From assembly GCA_964386195.1 (NCBI GenBank), contig CAYLTE010000003.1, forward strand, positions 99 to 64,098: 64,000 nucleotides of DNA, written 5' to 3'. Positions 60,897 to 64,000 of this stretch are shown in pieces; position 1 is the first letter of the stretch, and every line of letters starts with the position of its first letter. The notes beneath the pieces were generated by a model. That model made no database searches. It was given only the letters and a program-made list of their open reading frames with translations, and was not told where the DNA came from. The stretch is from an uncultured Burkholderiales bacterium. GTDB lineage: Bacteria; Pseudomonadota; Gammaproteobacteria; Burkholderiales; SHXO01. Made by a program: the position numbers and the translations under genes.

Positions 60897-60912
60897 GCAG
60901 TACTTTTACAAC

Positions 60913-60989
60913 TGGTGCCCGAGGCATGGAGTCGAACCTGCGACCGTCCGCTTACAAGGCGGGTGCTCTACCGGCTGAGCTACAAGGGC
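60913..60989 (-). tRNA. tRNA-Thr(UGU)-like, with a bulged T-stem and two acceptor mismatches
   Basis: D-arm GCTC-AGCCGGTA-GAGC is perfect and the anticodon arm CCCGC-CTTGTAA-GCGGA pairs at four of five positions (27C/43A unpaired). T-arm GCAGG-TTCGACT-CC(A)TGC has an extra A. Acceptor GCCCTTG/CTCGGGC is mismatched at 5:68 and 6:67. Confidence 0.62.
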
Positions 60990-61120
60990 AAAATTAAGTG
61001 GGCACTCTCGCCCGGTCACGGTAGCAGTTCAGCACTATTTCTTGCCGCTTGCGCGACTCATGCCTGGAAGTCACCGTTTATCCGCTGAACAAGTCAGACT
61101 GCGCTCGCAGTAGAAAGTTC

Positions 61121-61174
61121 AAAAAGAACCTCCCGCGCGAGAGGAGGCAGTGCTTGGAGGGGCCGCGCGGGAGG
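61121..61174 (-). terminator. intrinsic terminator ending the primase operon
   Basis: On the minus strand, a perfect 11-bp stem CCTCCCGCGCG ... CGCGCGGGAGG with a 24-nt loop, followed by TTCTTTTT. Confidence 0.72.
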
Positions 61175-61223
61175 TGTTGACCGGAGCCAACAAGACTAGT
61201 ATGGCAGATCCCGCGTCGGCCCG

Positions 61224-61289
61224 CTACCCCGCCTTGTTCAGCGCTTTCCGGATGTCGAACGGGACCAGATGTATTTTTTGTTTCATCAT
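61224..61289 (-). CDS. possible 21-aa peptide coupled to the primase stop
   Basis: AGGAGG lies 5 nt upstream of the ATGATG that overlaps the primase TGA. Product MMKQKIHLVPFDIRKALNKAG. Confidence 0.35.
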   Translation of the reverse strand: MMKQKIHLVPFDIRKALNKAG

Positions 61290-64000
61290 GCCTCCTGAGC
61301 AAGTTTGGTTGAGAACTCCGGGATATCCGCCCGGATCTTCCAGCACGGTACTTGCTGCCCGCTGGACAGGTCCGTGCCAGCCCCCAGGATCTTCCGATCG
61401 TCCGCGTTCAGCAGTATCCCTGCGTCGTACAACTCCTTCTTGATCTGGTTCGGGTTCTGGTGTTTCTTGCGGAGCCAGTGCATGATGTGCGACCGCGTGA
61501 TCCACAGGGTCGCATTGTCCTTCTCATAGCGCTGGGACAGCGCGCCTCGGGTCGGCCGGGCGTTGGAGGCGCTCATGCCCTCGTTCAGCTTGGTGACGAC
61601 CAGACGCTCGCCGACGTGCGCGTCCAGGTACTCGCCCAGGAGCGTCATGGGGGTCACGACGTTCGCTGCGACCTCACCGCGCATGCGCCGGGTCTCCTGT
61701 AGCAGCCAGGGGCGAATGCGCTCGGGATCGAACTGGATGATGCCCCACTGCTTCGCGAGGCGCCCGCCGATGAGTGTCAACGCCGCAGCTTGCGACCAGA
61801 ACCGTTCCTTCTTTTGCATCTGGAACTCGCGCTCCAGCCGCTCTATCTCCGCAGGAATCGCGACGCGCAGGTGATCCTGCTCCATGACGAGCCGGCGAAT
61901 ATATTCCCCGCCGGCGACGCCGTAGTGCTGCTCCACGTAGTTGTGCAGCAGCCCGGCGAACTCCAGGAACGGCGCGGACCGAGGGAACTCGAACTCGAAC
62001 AACCGCATCGACTCGGCTTCGGGGTTGACCTTGGCTTCCTGCAGTTTGGCGTTCAGGGGATCATTGCTGGAGGTCACGAGGATGGTTTGCCACTTCGCAC
62101 CCTCGCGGGTCTCGCGCGTACGGGTCAGCACGTCGCGCCCCTTGCCGGTGGGGATCATGTAGATAAGGTCGCGCAGCACATCGGGCTCGATCGTCGTGAT
62201 CTCGTCCATGTAGGCGGGGATGGAGTTGTACGTCCCGAGCCGCTCCACCCGCGCGTTGACCGTGGAGTCCTGCCCGATCCAGGTGTCCTTCCAGTAGCCG
62301 TAGACCGAGGCCATCATCTTGCCGCAGGTTGACTTGCCGATGCCGGTGTCGCCAAGCGCCGAGACGGTGAAGCCGTCGCGCCCGCAGAGTTGCAGCAGCG
62401 GGGCAGCAAAGGCAGTCAGCAGCATGAACGCGTGCGGCTCGCAGCCGGGGAGGTCGAACACTTGCGTGGCGGCGCTCCAGTCGGCCAAGTTCCCCTTCTC
62501 CTTGAAACCGTCCAGGAAGCTCGCCGAACGTGTAGCAGATCCCGCATGGATGATCTCGCCGGTCTTCAGATACATGCGGTCACCCAGCACGAACTTGGCG
62601 TTGTTGTCTTTCCACCCCATGCTGCGAAACAGCCGTCGCACCTTGGTTTCGAGTTTGACCTTGCGCAGGTATGCGTCCATGTACATCACCATTCGGTTTC
62701 GGATCAGCGGTTGAATATGCACGTCCCGGAGCGCCGCCTCGAATTCCGCGGGCTTCGCCAACAGGGACGACTGGATCGAGTGCTCCATCCAGCCTTCCTG
62801 CGGGAGGTAGTGGCGCATGCGGAACACTTCGTGCCCGACCGCTTCATCAAACAGCACGTCCGTGGGGAAGCAGTCGTACTCATAGATCTTGTGGAGGATG
62901 CCATCTTCCTCCACGAAGATACCGCCGCCTTCCTCGGGGGCACGGCGTGTGAACGGCGCGGGCGGGTTCGGGAGCGCGACCTGGATTACCGGGCCGGGTG
63001 CGCCTCCAGGGCTCGCCGGCGGGGCCGCCACAGAGATAGTCGGAGGCGCTGCGGACTTGATTTCTGCGCCCAACTGAACAGGAGACGATATTTTCCCGCG
63101 GAAAGGGCACGTCTCGCAGCCGCCAGGGTTGCGAGACTCGAACGTGCTGCAAAGTGTTGGCCCCAACGACTGAGACCGAATCTGCTGAATTTTCTGCTCA
63201 GTCTCGGCTTCGCTGTATCCGGCATAGCCTTTACTCCACTCATGGATGAGTTCATCGCCCTCAATCGAATGCGTCATCAACTGGATGCCGGCGTACCAGT
63301 AGGGCTCCGGGATGTCACCACGAGTGTCCCGCATGCGCGCCAGTTGCAAGCACTTGTCGGCGGCCTTCTGTGCGCTGCACGGCGGGAAGTCCCGCTGGAT
63401 CGCGAACTGCTCGTTCAGTGCCTCCTGCTTGGTCTCACGGGACTTGATCGTGTCCGGCGCCTTGACCTTATGCTGCTCCAGGGCGGCCATGACGCGGCGG
63501 TGAAAGTCCGCGTACACCAGATCCGGAGCGTCGGCAACCACTTCAACGGGCTTGGGGTTGTGTGCGTCCTTGCGATTGTAGGTGCCGACCGGACGCAGTA
63601 CTCGCGCAGAGTCACTCGTGCAGCCGTGGTCTGCCCGGAGCTTCAGGTGGATCGCCAGCGCCTTCAGTGCTGCTGCGGTCTGGTTCCACTGGGTCGGGTT
63701 GATCTCCTCGGTTAGCGTCCAGTAGACGTGGATGCCGTAGCCAGAAGAGACCACCATCGGCTGCGGTAGCCCGCTCTCTTCACAAAACTTGACCAACCCG
63801 TCCACCGCTTCAAGCTGATCGGCATACTTCGTGGGGACACCTGCCTCAACGTCCAGATCCGTCCAGAACGCTTTGAGCGCGCGGACATTCTTCTGGACGC
63901 GTACTTGCCGAATCGGCTCCCCCTTTTTATTGACGCCCATGATGAAGGGCTCACGGTACGCCGCGCAAGCATGATACGCGGTGACGCCTTGGGAGTCGAA
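61286..64000 (-). CDS. bifunctional primase-polymerase (AEP) / SF3 (D5-like) helicase, 5' end outside window
   Basis: AEP-like FWTDLDVE and SSGYGIHVYW; Walker A GDTGIGKSTCG; Walker B-like IPAYMDEIT. The frame stays open upstream of the first ATG (63940) to the window edge (…FDSQGVTAYHACAAYREPFI). Confidence 0.9.
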   Translation of the reverse strand, partial: FDSQGVTAYHACAAYREPFIMGVNKKGEPIRQVRVQKNVRALKAFWTDLDVEAGVPTKYADQLEAVDGLVKFCEESGLPQPMVVSSGYGIHVYWTLTEEINPTQWNQTAAALKALAIHLKLRADHGCTSDSARVLRPVGTYNRKDAHNPKPVEVVADAPDLVYADFHRRVMAALEQHKVKAPDTIKSRETKQEALNEQFAIQRDFPPCSAQKAADKCLQLARMRDTRGDIPEPYWYAGIQLMTHSIEGDELIHEWSKGYAGYSEAETEQKIQQIRSQSLGPTLCSTFESRNPGGCETCPFRGKISSPVQLGAEIKSAAPPTISVAAPPASPGGAPGPVIQVALPNPPAPFTRRAPEEGGGIFVEEDGILHKIYEYDCFPTDVLFDEAVGHEVFRMRHYLPQEGWMEHSIQSSLLAKPAEFEAALRDVHIQPLIRNRMVMYMDAYLRKVKLETKVRRLFRSMGWKDNNAKFVLGDRMYLKTGEIIHAGSATRSASFLDGFKEKGNLADWSAATQVFDLPGCEPHAFMLLTAFAAPLLQLCGRDGFTVSALGDTGIGKSTCGKMMASVYGYWKDTWIGQDSTVNARVERLGTYNSIPAYMDEITTIEPDVLRDLIYMIPTGKGRDVLTRTRETREGAKWQTILVTSSNDPLNAKLQEAKVNPEAESMRLFEFEFPRSAPFLEFAGLLHNYVEQHYGVAGGEYIRRLVMEQDHLRVAIPAEIERLEREFQMQKKERFWSQAAALTLIGGRLAKQWGIIQFDPERIRPWLLQETRRMRGEVAANVVTPMTLLGEYLDAHVGERLVVTKLNEGMSASNARPTRGALSQRYEKDNATLWITRSHIMHWLRKKHQNPNQIKKELYDAGILLNADDRKILGAGTDLSSGQQVPCWKIRADIPEFSTKLAQEA

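Noticed and set aside
60888-61443. ORFs 60888-61088(+), 61078-61302(-) and 61150-61443(+) around the tRNAs.
   Set aside because: They overlap tRNA genes, terminators or the primase 3' end, and have no RBS and poor composition.
1-64000. That the window is a complete circular genome, with position 64000 joining position 1.
   Set aside because: Both edge genes are on the minus strand and both run off the window: the 3' end of the first and the 5' end of the last. Joining the ends would fuse an unfinished C-terminus to an unfinished N-terminus, so more sequence must exist beyond the window.
1-64000. Integrase, repressor or other lysogeny module, toxin-antitoxin pairs, or known anti-phage defence systems.
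   Set aside because: None was recognised by motif inspection. The Fic gene has no separate antitoxin-like partner that I can support.

Overview
By inspection this GC-rich window is almost entirely a tightly packed tailed-phage genome. I saw no host housekeeping genes, integrase, CRISPR array or rRNA.

Layout:
- Minus-strand early arm (1-25134): replication, nucleotide metabolism and many small ORFs. It includes an SNF2 helicase, VRR-NUC and PD-(D/E)XK nucleases, a family-A DNA polymerase, a dNMP-kinase-like protein, HD and Nudix hydrolases, and an RtcB RNA ligase.
- AT-richer divergent control region of about 770 bp (25135-25903), full of short repeated motifs.
- Plus-strand late arm (25904-60706): packaging (with an embedded Fic gene), portal, scaffold, N4-gp56-type major capsid, virion and injection proteins including a 2491-aa multi-domain giant protein, collagen-like and glycine-rich fibres, a three-gene accessory cassette, a lysis cassette, and two of the three homing endonucleases (the third, an HNH, lies in the early arm).
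- A bidirectional terminator, then three minus-strand tRNAs (Thr, Trp, Met-CAU) and a primase-helicase gene that runs off the right edge.

The host is probably a high-GC betaproteobacterium. That is inferred only from a Bug/TctC-like gene and the base composition.

Most genes are linked by ATGA, GTGA or TAATG start/stop overlaps. I used these overlaps to place starts and to recover several ORFs under 60 aa that the ORF track omits.

All functional calls rest on motif recognition by eye. No BLAST, HMM or tRNAscan was run, so family names are hypotheses of varying strength.

Best candidates for something new:
1. The orphan PP-loop ATPase plus secreted Bug-like binding-protein cassette (56121-58314).
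2. The polyvalent giant virion protein (44868-52343).
3. The RtcB/Nudix/HD cluster together with three structurally odd tRNAs.
4. The orientation-specific motif system in the divergent control region.
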